From Solirubrobacteraceae bacterium (GTDB taxonomy: Bacteria; Actinomycetota; Thermoleophilia; Solirubrobacterales; Solirubrobacteraceae), in assembly GCA_036272475.1 (NCBI GenBank), contig DATAYP010000064.1, positions 4,443 through 68,442 on the forward strand: a stretch of 64,000 nt of DNA. The letters are read 5' to 3'. Below the pieces are notes generated by a model that had not been told where the DNA came from, made no database searches, and saw only the letters and a program-made list of their open reading frames with translations. Shown piece by piece: positions 1 to 8,838 of the stretch (position 1 is the stretch's first letter; every line of letters starts with the position of its first letter). Made by a program: the position numbers and the translations under genes.

Positions 1-621
1 GGCGACGCGGCCGGCACCACCGCGCGCGCCTACAGCCACTACTTCCCGCGTACGACGATCGACGCCGTGGAGCTGGACGCGCAGCTGACCGCGATCGGAC
101 ACCGATTCTTCGCCCTGCCGACGCTACCGACGTTGCACTTCATCACCGCCGACGCACGACCGTGGCTCGCCTCCACCCCCCGACGCTACGACGCAATCTT
201 CCTCGACGCCTACCGGCAACCGTACATCCCCTTCTACCTCACGACACACGAGTTCTTCGCGCGGGTGCGCGACCACCTAACGGCGCGAGGCGTGCTCGCC
301 ATAAACGTCGGGCATCCGGAAGGCTCAAGCGCGCTCGAGCGAGCGCTCAGCGCAACGCTCGCCACTGTTTTCCCGCATGTTCTGCGCGACCCCTCCCAGC
401 CAACCAACACGCTCGTGATAGCCAGCGCGGCGCCGATCTCCTCCCGGGCTCTGCGAAGCTCGGCGGCGTGGCTGCCGGCTGACCTGCGCGGACTCGCCGA
501 AGCCTCCGCTTCACGGCTCGCACCCGCGTTGCGAGGCGGCCCCGTCTACACGGACGATCGCGCCCCCGTCGAATGGCTGGTCGACACCTCTCTGCTCGGC
601 TACGCGACGGGCACTCGCTGA
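1..621 (+). CDS. spermidine synthase-like SAM-dependent transferase, C-terminal part (5' end lies outside the window)
   Basis: Frame 1 is open from base 1 to the stop at 619-621. Motifs IDAVELDAQL, FITADARPWL, YDAIFLDAY and PFYLTTHEFF are typical of the spermidine-synthase fold. Confidence 0.7.
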   Translation, partial: GDAAGTTARAYSHYFPRTTIDAVELDAQLTAIGHRFFALPTLPTLHFITADARPWLASTPRRYDAIFLDAYRQPYIPFYLTTHEFFARVRDHLTARGVLAINVGHPEGSSALERALSATLATVFPHVLRDPSQPTNTLVIASAAPISSRALRSSAAWLPADLRGLAEASASRLAPALRGGPVYTDDRAPVEWLVDTSLLGYATGTR

Positions 622-880
622 GCCGGGCGCTCGTTGACAACAGCGCGGCGCGGCGGGTCATCCGCCTCGGAATCGAGTTTCGGGCGTCTACGATCCGAGC
701 CGGCCGTGGCAACATCGTGGCAACGCGCAAACTGGGGTGGCTGAGGCCGTGCTCAGGAGGGGCTGCGCGTGGTACGGTCGTGATTCCGGCGGGCCCGATG
801 CTGACCGCCCAAGGTGGGGGTGCTGGTGGCGTCGCGGTTTCCCGGTCTGCTCCTCTCGCGGTCCAACCACGGAGGTCAGC

Positions 881-1369
881 ATGAGCGACACGGACCCGAA
901 CACTGAGACCTCGACGGGGGCCGGCGCGCCCGCGGTGGACATGGTTTTGGCCCACTTCATCGTTTCCGACGATGTCGAGCGCTCGCGTCGCTTCTATACC
1001 GATGTGCTCGGCGGCAAGCTTGCCTTCTCCGGGCCCGGAGGGCTGACCTATGTCCAGCTCGCCAACAGCTGGATTATCATCAACGGGGGCGGTGGCCCTA
1101 CCGACGACAAGCCCAGCGTCACCCTGGAGACGCCTGACGACCCAGACCGGGTCAGCAGCTTCCTCAACATCCGCGTGAAGGACATCGCGTCCGCGTACGC
1201 CGAATGGAGCGCCAGGGGTGCGGAGTTCCTGACACCGCCGAAGCAGCACCAGTACGAGATCCGATGTTACATCCGCGATCCCGACGGTCATCTGATCGAG
1301 GTCGGGCAAACCACCGACCCTGACGGAGACTGGTCGCCCCCTGGCTGGCTGACTAGCACCCCTGTTTAG
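881..1369 (+). CDS. VOC (glyoxalase/bleomycin-resistance/dioxygenase) family protein
   Basis: ATG at 881 follows GGAGG by 5 nt. The sequence LAHFIVSDDVERSRRFYTDVLGG...CYIRDPDGHLIEV is a VOC signature. The longer ORF from 737 has no RBS. Confidence 0.8.
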   Translation: MSDTDPNTETSTGAGAPAVDMVLAHFIVSDDVERSRRFYTDVLGGKLAFSGPGGLTYVQLANSWIIINGGGGPTDDKPSVTLETPDDPDRVSSFLNIRVKDIASAYAEWSARGAEFLTPPKQHQYEIRCYIRDPDGHLIEVGQTTDPDGDWSPPGWLTSTPV

Positions 1370-1483
1370 CGACTATTCACAGCATGGTCCTCGGCCCCCG
1401 CTCGGCCGTTTCGCCCGATACATCCGCGGAAGCGCGCTACTTGGACGATTCGAACGCTCCTGGAACCATCTTGCGAGCGTGTA

Positions 1484-1542
1484 CGAGGTTGAGGGCCTTG
1501 TGGGGTCAACGCCCCGTGGTGGTTCGAGTCCACTCGAGCGCA
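1484..1542 (+). pseudogene. tRNA-Leu(GAG) 3' fragment: anticodon arm, long variable arm, T arm and acceptor 3' strand
   Basis: The fragment folds as CGAGG-TTGAGGG-CCTTG, GGGGT-CAAC-GCCCC, GGTGG-TTCGAGT-CCACT, then CGAGCGC+A. The 30 nt upstream give only 5/7 acceptor pairs and no D arm. Confidence 0.55.
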
Positions 1543-1745
1543 TTAGCGGACACGGGCGCATAGGTCGCGGTCGAGTCCCTTGCGACCAGGCCGAGCTAGT
1601 CGCTCTTACAGCCGCTTCATGAGCCCGCAGCTGCCCTCTGCGAAGCACCCTTCGGTGATGCGTGCGGACTTTCGTTCACACGAGGACCGGCTGCCCCTCG
1701 GAGGGTCCAGACTGTGCACGCCGGTGACGGCCTCGCGTCACACGC

Positions 1746-2255
1746 TCATCTGGATTGCTCCTGTCGGGTCGAGATCGAATCCCCGGGTTGAGCGGGGGTG
1801 AGGCCGTTGCGCCGCATCACCTCACCGATCGCGGTCAGATTCGGCGGACCTCCGGCACTGGCGGCGAGGATCTCGGCGATCTCGCGGAAATAGGCCGGCC
1901 CGAACAGGGCCGGGGTCGCGATCGCCAGGAACGTCGCGTCAGTGTCGCCGTCGTTCTCAAACCCGTGGATCTGTCCGCGCCGCACGCAGACCGCCTCGCC
2001 GGGACCGACGTGGACCGTTTCGCCGTCGATCGTCCAGGTCGTGGTGCCCTCGAGCCCATAGATCGTCTCCTCGAAGCCGTCGTGGCTGTGGGGCGCCGGC
2101 ATCCGCGAGTCGGCTGGGACGTAGCACTCGAACAGCGACGCGCTCCCGTTCGAATCCCCGGCCTCGACCAGGAAGCGCACGCCGAGCTCACCAACCGTGA
2201 TCGTGTCGTTGTCGATGGTCTTGGACACGCTGGCTCCTTTCGGTGGTCTGTACAT
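1746..2255 (-). CDS. cupin domain protein
   Basis: 169-aa ORF with the cupin motifs PAPHSHDGFEETIYGLEG and GPGEAVCVRRGQIHGF. It is divergent from a MarR gene. Confidence 0.8.
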   Translation of the reverse strand: MYRPPKGASVSKTIDNDTITVGELGVRFLVEAGDSNGSASLFECYVPADSRMPAPHSHDGFEETIYGLEGTTTWTIDGETVHVGPGEAVCVRRGQIHGFENDGDTDATFLAIATPALFGPAYFREIAEILAASAGGPPNLTAIGEVMRRNGLTPAQPGDSISTRQEQSR

Positions 2256-2277
2256 CTGGCTCCTCTCGGGAAAGCCA

Positions 2278-2307
2278 TTGAGTCAAGCGACTTGACCAGT
2301 GTATACT
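2278..2307 (+). promoter_or_regulatory. candidate promoter (TTGAGT-18 nt-TATACT) with an embedded operator palindrome GTCAAG-CGA-CTTGAC (2282-2296)
   Basis: The -10 box ends 7 nt before the GTG at 2315, which implies a leaderless marR mRNA. The palindrome lies between the -35 and -10 boxes. Confidence 0.45.
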
Positions 2308-2314
2308 GTGGCCC

Positions 2315-2797
2315 GTGAGCCTGTCAAGTGGCTTTACTCAGCCGGACGTTGGGCGTTTGCCGCCGCCACTCATCGGGGCGCTGCTGCGAGTCCCATGGGA
2401 GACGGTGCGCCAGCGAATGCTCGCCGGACTCCACGACCGCGGCTTCACGGACCTCGTCGCAGCGCACGTGGAGGTCTGGCGCTACCCCGGCCCCGAGAAC
2501 CAGCGACCGTCGGAACTCGCGACCCAGACGCGCATGACCAAGCAGGCGCTCAACTACCTCCTCGGGCAACTGGAGGAGCTCGGATACCTGACCCGCGAAA
2601 CCGACAGCAACGACCGACGCTCCAAGCGCGTCCGCCTCACCTCGAGAGGCCAGGCTGCAACCAAAGCGATCTACGAGATCGTCCAGGAGGTCGAAGATGA
2701 CTGGGAACGACAGCTGGGACCGCGGAGGTTCGGTCAGCTACGCCGCCTACTCACGCAGCTCTACGCGATCACAACGCCGACCAGCGACTCGGCGTAG
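2315..2797 (+). CDS. MarR family transcriptional regulator
   Basis: The winged-helix region RPSELATQTRMTKQALNYLLGQLEELGYLTRETDSNDRRSKRVRLTSRG is typical of MarR. Confidence 0.85.
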   Translation: MSLSSGFTQPDVGRLPPPLIGALLRVPWETVRQRMLAGLHDRGFTDLVAAHVEVWRYPGPENQRPSELATQTRMTKQALNYLLGQLEELGYLTRETDSNDRRSKRVRLTSRGQAATKAIYEIVQEVEDDWERQLGPRRFGQLRRLLTQLYAITTPTSDSA

Positions 2798-2814
2798 AGC
2801 GGAGCCACGACCGC

Positions 2815-3015
2815 TCATCGAAGGCTCTCCGGACCGCTCGCACGCCTAACGCTAGCCAGCGTTCCCGCCGGCACCGTGTCCCTTTCGCGGCCGGCGACGA
2901 CGATCCGGTCGCGGCGGTCCGGATCTGACCACACTTAGTGCGAGCTCCGCTGCCGGACCACCGACCATCCCGCTTCGACAAGCGCCTTCCTCACGTCTCG
3001 ATACCTCTTCGCCAT
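2815..3015 (-). pseudogene. hicA: HicA-family toxin gene interrupted by an in-frame TAA (2935-2937)
   Basis: My translation is MAKRYRDVRKALVEAGWSVVRQRSSH*VWSDPDRRDRIVVAGRERDTVPAGTLASVRRASG. It matches the HicA pattern (GW..VRQ.GSH ... P.GTL.SI.R.AG) on both sides of the stop. Confidence 0.6.
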
Positions 3016-3328
3016 CGCATCGCGAAGTACCCAGCGCTTGCGATAGCTCGTCGCCTCGGCGGAGGCCTCCAGCCGTGAGCCTTGGCCCAGCCGCTGCCCA
3101 ATTTCGGAGATCCACGTCATCGAGTTAGTCGCAAATTGCGTCGTTTTCGACGCCCGGTCGCATCACAAGCACCGCTGGATTTGCCATTCTCCACTCAGCT
3201 GGGTGGGTATGTCTTGCCGTCATCCTCATCCGGCCAAGCTCAAGCCGGCCGGGGGGCCCGGTGCAACTGGGCTAGCTCGGAGCACCGACCTTTGGTCGCG
3301 CGCACTCCTCGAGCGTTAGGAGACAGAG

Positions 3329-4561
3329 ATGACTGCTTCCACGGCGACGACTCCGGCCACCGCCGCTGCCAACGGACAGGCGTCCCCGGACGGCGCCGTT
3401 CTCCCCTTCCACGTCGAAATCCCCCGCGAGGCGATCGACGACCTCCGCGGCCGTATCGCCGCGACGCGCTGGCCATCCGAGGAGCTCGTCGGCGATCGGT
3501 CGCAGGGCGTGCAACTGTCGACGCTCCAGGCGCTCGCCCGCTACTGGGCCAGCGACTACGACTGGAGCGCATGCGAGGCGAGACTGAATGCGCTGCCGCA
3601 GTTCAAGACGGAGATCGACGGTCTCGACGTGCATTTCGTCCACGTGCGCTCGCCGCACGCGGACGCGTTGCCGGCGATCGTGACACACGGCTGGCCCGGC
3701 TCGGTCATCGAGCTGCTCGAGATCGTCGGGCCGCTGACAGACCCGACGGCATACGGCGGCCGCGCGGAGGACGCGTTCGATCTGGTGTTGCCATCGATCC
3801 CCGGGTACGGCTTCTCGGCCGAACCGATGGAGCTCGGCTGGGACGCCGGTCGCGTCGCGGAAGCCTGGCCGAAGCTGATGCACCGCCTCGGCTACGCGCG
3901 CTACGTCGCCCAAGGGGGCGACGTGGGCGCGGCTGTCACCGACGCGATGGGCCGTCAGGGAGCCGAGGGGCTGATCGGCATCCACACGAACCTATTCGTG
4001 CCGGGGCTGGCCGGAGGCTCCTTCCCAACGGAAACCGAGGAAGAGCAGGCGGCAGCGAAGGCCGGGGCCACATTCCGGGCCACCGGGTTCGGCTACTTCC
4101 TCGAGCAGACCACGCGCCCCCAGACCGTCGGCTACGCGCTGCTTGACTCACCGGTCGCGCTGGCGGCCTGGATGCTCGACCACGACACCGACAGCTATTA
4201 CAAGATCTCGAGCGCCTTCGTGGACGGCAAGCCCTCGGGCAACCTCACCCGAGACCACATCCTCGACAACATCACGCTGTATTGGCTGACCGGCACAGGT
4301 GCGTCGGCGGCGCGCTCCTACTGGGAGAGCGGACAAGCCCAAGCTCGTGCGGCCGGCCAAGCGCCTCCGCCGGTCTCGGTTCCGGTCGGATTCACCACTT
4401 TCCCGGGGGAGATCGTCGCGGCGCCACGCAGCTGGGTCGAGCAGGCCTACCCCAGCCTCACCTACTTCCACAAGGTCGACAAGGGCGGCCACTTTGCCGC
4501 CTGGGAGGAGCCCGAGCTGTTCGCAACCGAGGTCCGTGCGGCGTTCAAAGCTCTGCGCTAG
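3329..4561 (+). CDS. epoxide hydrolase (EHN N-terminal domain plus alpha/beta hydrolase fold), paralogue 1
   Basis: Motifs: RWPSEELVGDRSQGV, DYDWSACEARLNALPQFKTEIDGLDVHFVHVRS, THGWPGS, GGDVG, and GGHFAAWEEPELF at the C-terminus. Confidence 0.9.
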   Translation: MTASTATTPATAAANGQASPDGAVLPFHVEIPREAIDDLRGRIAATRWPSEELVGDRSQGVQLSTLQALARYWASDYDWSACEARLNALPQFKTEIDGLDVHFVHVRSPHADALPAIVTHGWPGSVIELLEIVGPLTDPTAYGGRAEDAFDLVLPSIPGYGFSAEPMELGWDAGRVAEAWPKLMHRLGYARYVAQGGDVGAAVTDAMGRQGAEGLIGIHTNLFVPGLAGGSFPTETEEEQAAAKAGATFRATGFGYFLEQTTRPQTVGYALLDSPVALAAWMLDHDTDSYYKISSAFVDGKPSGNLTRDHILDNITLYWLTGTGASAARSYWESGQAQARAAGQAPPPVSVPVGFTTFPGEIVAAPRSWVEQAYPSLTYFHKVDKGGHFAAWEEPELFATEVRAAFKALR

Positions 4562-4961
4562 AGGAATCGACAACCCGCGACCGCAAAACGGGAGGTAGAT
4601 CGCCGGCAAGGACGCTCAGGAACACCCCGAGGGTGAGGGCCTCGAACAGTGCCGACTCCTCAGTGGTGCGCTTTCCCCAGACCGTGTCGTGATAGCGGCT
4701 GAACGCCGTGTCGCCGGCTCCCCGCCCAGGCACAGCGAGGCTTCCGTCGAGGCCGATGACCACGTCCTCGATCATCGAGCGCCGCCGGGCGGCGGCGAGC
4801 TCCGGGGCGATCTCCGAAGTACGCCCAACGCACGCCTCCCTCCGTCGTTCGATGTGCAAGCGAGTGTCGATCCTCCCGCGTGCCGCGCGCGCCCGCATCG
4901 CACGGTCATGCGATCTGTCGATGCTCCCGTCAGAAATACTATGATGCGCGTCATAGAACAT
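4545..4961 (-). CDS. hypothetical protein (start uncertain: ATG at 4961 or 4898)
   Basis: No family recognised. My hand count of positional GC across 4621-4930 gives about 80% at codon position 3 and about 50% at position 2 for this minus-strand frame, which is consistent with real coding. Confidence 0.45.
   Translation of the reverse strand: MFYDAHHSISDGSIDRSHDRAMRARAARGRIDTRLHIERRREACVGRTSEIAPELAAARRRSMIEDVVIGLDGSLAVPGRGAGDTAFSRYHDTVWGKRTTEESALFEALTLGVFLSVLAGDLPPVLRSRVVDSSSAEL
4939..4956. promoter_or_regulatory. inverted repeat CTATGA-N6-TCATAG, candidate TetR operator
   Basis: Perfect 6-bp arms in the only AT-rich stretch immediately upstream of the TetR ATG at 4960. Confidence 0.4.
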
Positions 4962-5553
4962 GCCCCGTAAATCCGAAGCGCGTCAGAAGATGATCGAAAG
5001 TGCAGCGCTGCTGTTCAGTGAGCGCGGCGTCGTGGGCACGTCGTTCGCGGATGTCCTCGCTCACAGCGGGGCGCCGCGCGGATCTCTCTACCACCACTTC
5101 GGCGGCGGCAAGCGCGAACTGGCGGAGGACGCGATCCGATGGGCAGGCGAGTTCACGATCGCGGGAGCCGTTGCCGCCGTCGAGCGCTCGGATCCGGTCG
5201 CGGCGGTGGGCTCGTTCCACAGGCACTGGGCGAAGATCCTCGATGCAAGCGATTTCGCCGCGGGCTGTCCGATCGCGACGGCAGCACTCGAAGGCTCGCA
5301 TGAGCCGAGCGCTCGAGACATTGCTGGAGGCGTGTTCGGCGAATGGCAGGACGTGGTGGCGGACGCGCTGCGCGGGCGGGGCGTGGCGGCGGCGCGTGCA
5401 CGCTCGATCGCGACATTGCTGCTGGCGTCCCTCGAGGGCGCGATCGTCCTCTGCCGCGCGCAGCGGAGCCTGCGACCGCTGGAGCGCGTGTCGGACGAGT
5501 TGGAGCTCGTGATGGCCTCGGCGCTCGGCGCCGAGCGGTCGGAACATGTGTGA
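4960..5553 (+). CDS. TetR/AcrR family transcriptional regulator
   Basis: N-terminal HTH: ARQKMIESAALLFSERGVVGTSFADVLAHSGAPRGSLYHHF. Confidence 0.9.
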   Translation: MPRKSEARQKMIESAALLFSERGVVGTSFADVLAHSGAPRGSLYHHFGGGKRELAEDAIRWAGEFTIAGAVAAVERSDPVAAVGSFHRHWAKILDASDFAAGCPIATAALEGSHEPSARDIAGGVFGEWQDVVADALRGRGVAAARARSIATLLLASLEGAIVLCRAQRSLRPLERVSDELELVMASALGAERSEHV

Positions 5554-5578
5554 GCCGAGCGACAGACAGGAGAGACCG

Positions 5579-6427
5579 ATGTCAGCTGGTGCGGTCAACA
5601 TCAGCCCCGGCCGGCGGACGGCCGACGGGCTGGATATCAGGTACGCCGAAACGGCGGGTGCAGCGAATCGTACGGTGCTGCTGCTGAACCCGTGGCCGGA
5701 GAGTCTGTTCGCGTGGAACACGATCTGGCCCAGCCTGGCCGAAACCGCCAGATTGGTCGCAATCGATCTTCCCGGATTCGGCCAATCCGAGCGCCGCGAG
5801 GATCTGATGTCCCCTCACGCGATGGGGTCCTTCGTACTCCGTCTGATCGACGAGTGGGACCTGGGTCATCCGCACCTCGTCGGACCTGATGTCGGAACCG
5901 GCGCCGTTCTGTTCGCCGCCGCACAGGACGCCGAGCGGTTCCCGAGCGCTGTCGTCGGCAGCGGCGGCGCATCGTTCCCGCTCGAGGTGACGGGCGCGCT
6001 CAAAGACATCATCGAGGCTCCGGACCTGAGTGGATTCCAGCAGCTCGATGGACGCGACATCGTCGCCGGAGCACTCGAAGGCATCAAGCGACACACGTTG
6101 CCCGAGGCCATACAAGAGGACTACCTCAGCTCGTACGCCGGCGAGCGCTTCGTCGAGTCGGCAGCCTACGTTCGACGCTACCCGGACGATCTGCCGATCC
6201 TGGCCGAACGACTCGGCGAGATCAGGACGCCGGTTCAGATCATCGCCGGCCGTCACGACGGGCTCGTCCCACCGAGCAACGCCGAGTTCCTGCATGCGCG
6301 GTTGCCCGACAGCAAACTCGACATCCTCGAGACCGGCCACTTCACGTGGGAGGACGGCGCCGGGGACTATCTCGCATTGACGAGGTCGTGGATCGAAGGC
6401 CACAGCACCGCGACGTCCGAAGCGTGA
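5579..6427 (+). CDS. alpha/beta hydrolase
   Basis: AGGAGAG precedes the ATG at 5579. Motifs: LLLNPWPES, AIDLPGFGQS, GPDVGTG, ETGHFTWEDG. Confidence 0.85.
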   Translation: MSAGAVNISPGRRTADGLDIRYAETAGAANRTVLLLNPWPESLFAWNTIWPSLAETARLVAIDLPGFGQSERREDLMSPHAMGSFVLRLIDEWDLGHPHLVGPDVGTGAVLFAAAQDAERFPSAVVGSGGASFPLEVTGALKDIIEAPDLSGFQQLDGRDIVAGALEGIKRHTLPEAIQEDYLSSYAGERFVESAAYVRRYPDDLPILAERLGEIRTPVQIIAGRHDGLVPPSNAEFLHARLPDSKLDILETGHFTWEDGAGDYLALTRSWIEGHSTATSEA

Positions 6428-6646
6428 GCGCGCGGGCTGACACCGCTCGCCGCCCACGGGGTTCCCAACGCCGTCCACGTCTTCGCCCACGGCCCGCACA
6501 GCCTCGGCCTGGCGCAGGGCAGCGGCGACGCGGAAACGTGGACGGCGCTGGCGGCGTCGTGGATGGCCGAGCAGGTCACCTCCGACGATCCTTCTCCGAG
6601 AGGCGCAGCGTCGAGAGTGACAACCACAGGTGAAAGGAAGCCATGA
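6428..6646 (+). pseudogene. C-terminal relic of an esterase/lipase-type alpha/beta hydrolase (no start codon)
   Basis: The open frame reads LTPLAAHGVPNAVHVFAHGPHSLGLAQGSGDAETWTALAASWMAEQ. This resembles the catalytic-His end of esterases. No N-terminal part is present. Confidence 0.4.
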
Positions 6647-7518
6647 GCTCCACGACAATTGACAACTACTTGAACGCCGAGAACCGGCGGATCGAGGCGG
6701 CGAATGGGACGAGCTTCGCGTACCGCGACCTCGGCACCGGCGAGACGCCGCTCGTTCTCCTGCAGCACTTTCGCGGGAACCTCGACAACTGGGATCCTGC
6801 CCTGATCGACGCGCTCGCGCAGAGCCGGCGTGTCGTGACGTTCGACAACGCCGGGGTCGGCGGCTCGACGGGCACGACGCCTCACACCGTCGCCGAGATG
6901 GCACGCGACGCCATCGGGTTTCTCGACGCGATGGAGCTCGATCAGGTCGACCTCCTGGGCTTCTCGATCGGAAGCTTCCTCGCGCAGGAGATCACGCTCA
7001 GGCGCCCGGCACTCGTCCGACGGCTGATCCTCGCGTCCTCGGCGCCTCGAGGCGGGGCCGGCATGCACGGCTGGGCGAAGGGCGTGGTGGAGGCGGTCGG
7101 CAAACCCGAGACCGGACCCGAGGGCGTCCTCGCCGTCTTCTACGCACCATCCTCCACGAGCCAGGACGCGGGCAAGCTTTCGCTTCAGCGCATCTTCGGC
7201 GCTCGCACGCAGGACCGGGACGATGAAACGACCTGGAAGACACGACAGGCGCAATACGACGCGGTGTGCGCCTGGGGTGAGCCCAACCACGCGCTGCTTC
7301 AGCGCGTCAGCGCGATCGACTGCCCCGTCTTTATTGCCAACGGCGACAGCGACCCGATGATCCTGCCGCACTACTCCTACCTGCTCGCCGGCCTGATTCC
7401 GCAGGCCAGCGTCAAGATCTATCCCGACTCCGCACACGGCTTCCTCTTCCAGCACGCGAGAGCGTTCGCCGCAGACGTCGACGCCTTCCTCGAAGGCGAC
7501 GATTCCAGCCGCAGCTAG
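6643..7518 (+). CDS. alpha/beta hydrolase
   Basis: Motifs: PLVLLQHFRGNLDNWD, FDNAGVGGS, LLGFSIGSFLAQ, DSAHGFLFQH. Confidence 0.85.
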   Translation: MSSTTIDNYLNAENRRIEAANGTSFAYRDLGTGETPLVLLQHFRGNLDNWDPALIDALAQSRRVVTFDNAGVGGSTGTTPHTVAEMARDAIGFLDAMELDQVDLLGFSIGSFLAQEITLRRPALVRRLILASSAPRGGAGMHGWAKGVVEAVGKPETGPEGVLAVFYAPSSTSQDAGKLSLQRIFGARTQDRDDETTWKTRQAQYDAVCAWGEPNHALLQRVSAIDCPVFIANGDSDPMILPHYSYLLAGLIPQASVKIYPDSAHGFLFQHARAFAADVDAFLEGDDSSRS

Positions 7519-7580
7519 CGACTGCCGAATCTCGACGTCGAGAGGAGACCCTTCGCTGGATCGCGAGACGACAACCGTCG

Positions 7581-7805
7581 GTGGGAGTCGATCGGGGAGA
7601 GGTGTCCATCACGACGAAGTTCTTCCCCGGAGCACCGGACCCGGCTGCTGAGCTCGAAGGCAGCCTTCTGCGTCTCGGCGTCGGCTACGTGGACCCCTAC
7701 ATCGTCCACTGGCCGCAGAGCGGGCCCACGGGGGCCTGGCCCGGCATGGAACGCGCGAGCAATCGCGGGCCCGGAAGGTCGATCGGGGTGTCGAACTTCT
7801 CCGCC
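7581..7805 (+). pseudogene. internal fragment of an aldo/keto reductase
   Basis: The sequence VSITTKF...LEGSLLRLGVGYVDPYIVHWP...GRSIGVSNF matches the central AKR signatures. The N- and C-terminal thirds are absent. Confidence 0.55.
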
Positions 7806-8060
7806 GCCGGCTACCTGTCCCCGAGCCGCGGGAGCAGGCGTTCGACGCTCTGGCCGGGAACGCTGGTATGCCCGGTCAGCGCCTTCCAGACGCGCAGTGC
7901 GAGTTCGTTTTCGCCGGGCGCGCCGTTCGGGCCGCGCTCGTTACGAAATGGTTGCCGCCTGCCGAGGGCTTCCCCCTACCGGATCGGCCGGTTCCGCCGG
8001 CGTGAACCTGTGTGTTCGCCCGATACCCGGGCCGCTTCCGCGTCCCCGTAAGCTCTCGCG

Positions 8061-8642
8061 ATGAGCAACGCAACCGACGGTACGAGTGCCGGGCAGAGCA
8101 AGGTCGTCGTCAACAGGTGCATGTCGCTTGACGGCTTCATCGCTGCCGCCGGCCATGTGATGGACTGGGGCGGCGGTCGCCAGCTCGCCGACTTCGTCGG
8201 GCCGGACGAGCTCCACGAGATCGCGGCCGCGACCGGCGCGATGCTCGTCGGCCGCCGCACGGCCGACGTCGGCGAGAGGATGGAGGCCGAACAGCCGGGC
8301 AGGGTCGACTATCCCTTTTCCGGACCGGTGTTCGTCCTCACCCATCGGCCGCCGGAGCCGCCGGCTCCCGGCATCACGTACCTGGCCGGCGACATCGGGC
8401 GAGCGGTCGCCACGGCGCGCAGCGGCGCCGGCGCCAAAAACGTGGAGATCCTCGGCGCCGATGTCGCCGCCCAGTGCCTTCAGCGGGGACTCGTCGACGA
8501 GATCCTGGTGTACGTGTTGCCGGTGCTGCTCGGCGAGGGCATCCGCTTCTCGCCCCCCGAGCTCCCCCGGATCGACCTGGAACCGCTCAGCACCGCGCGG
8601 TCGGGCAGCGTCTCCATCCTCCGGTTTCGCGTCCTCCGGTAA
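8061..8642 (+). CDS. dihydrofolate reductase family protein (RibD C-terminal domain type)
   Basis: Motifs: VVVNRCMSLDGFIAAAG, MLVGRRT, GLVDEILVYVLPVLLGEGIRF. Confidence 0.8.
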   Translation: MSNATDGTSAGQSKVVVNRCMSLDGFIAAAGHVMDWGGGRQLADFVGPDELHEIAAATGAMLVGRRTADVGERMEAEQPGRVDYPFSGPVFVLTHRPPEPPAPGITYLAGDIGRAVATARSGAGAKNVEILGADVAAQCLQRGLVDEILVYVLPVLLGEGIRFSPPELPRIDLEPLSTARSGSVSILRFRVLR

Positions 8643-8838
8643 TCCCGGAGCGCGCTGGAGCCCGGGCACCCGGGTCCCGGCTGCGCATCCCGTAGCCGAG
8701 ACCAGTGAACCCTCGGGTGCGAACCGGCTCCAGGTCGGCGATTCTCGAGGAGCCAAGGACATCGCTTTTGATCACCGAGGCGACGGCCTCGCCGACCTCA
8801 CGACCACGCGAACCAGTCGATCCGCAAAGGAGCAGACC

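Noticed and set aside
1560-1745. RNase P RNA or tmRNA on the minus strand, suggested by CGAAAGTCCGCAC and GCTGTAAGAGCG motifs.
   Set aside because: I could not find the 3' P4 strand (ACAGAAxCCGGCUUA-like), a tag reading frame, or a matching acceptor stem. The similarities are short and isolated. An Infernal scan would be decisive.
6425-6646. Stop-codon readthrough or selenocysteine at the TGA ending the hydrolase at 6427, because the frame stays open for 73 more codons.
   Set aside because: The hydrolase is already full length at the TGA. The downstream frame resembles the C-terminus of a different esterase family, and no SECIS-like hairpin was seen.
5582-6904. Very long ORFs antisense to, or out of frame with, recognised genes. 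Examples: 347-1309(-), 5582-6904(-), 22953-24464(+), 35370-37340(+), 45476-47122(+), 50773-52728(+), 54851-56521(+).
   Set aside because: Their products are Arg/Pro/Ala/Gly-rich with no motifs, and each overlaps a gene with clear family signatures. This is the expected artefact of about 70% GC (few stop codons).
8461-8838. A 126-codon N-terminal extension of epoxide hydrolase 2 (the ORF opens at 8461).
   Set aside because: The extension overlaps the DHFR-like gene and is Arg/Pro/Ser-rich. The ATG at 8839 has an AAGGAG RBS and aligns with the N-terminus of paralogue 1.
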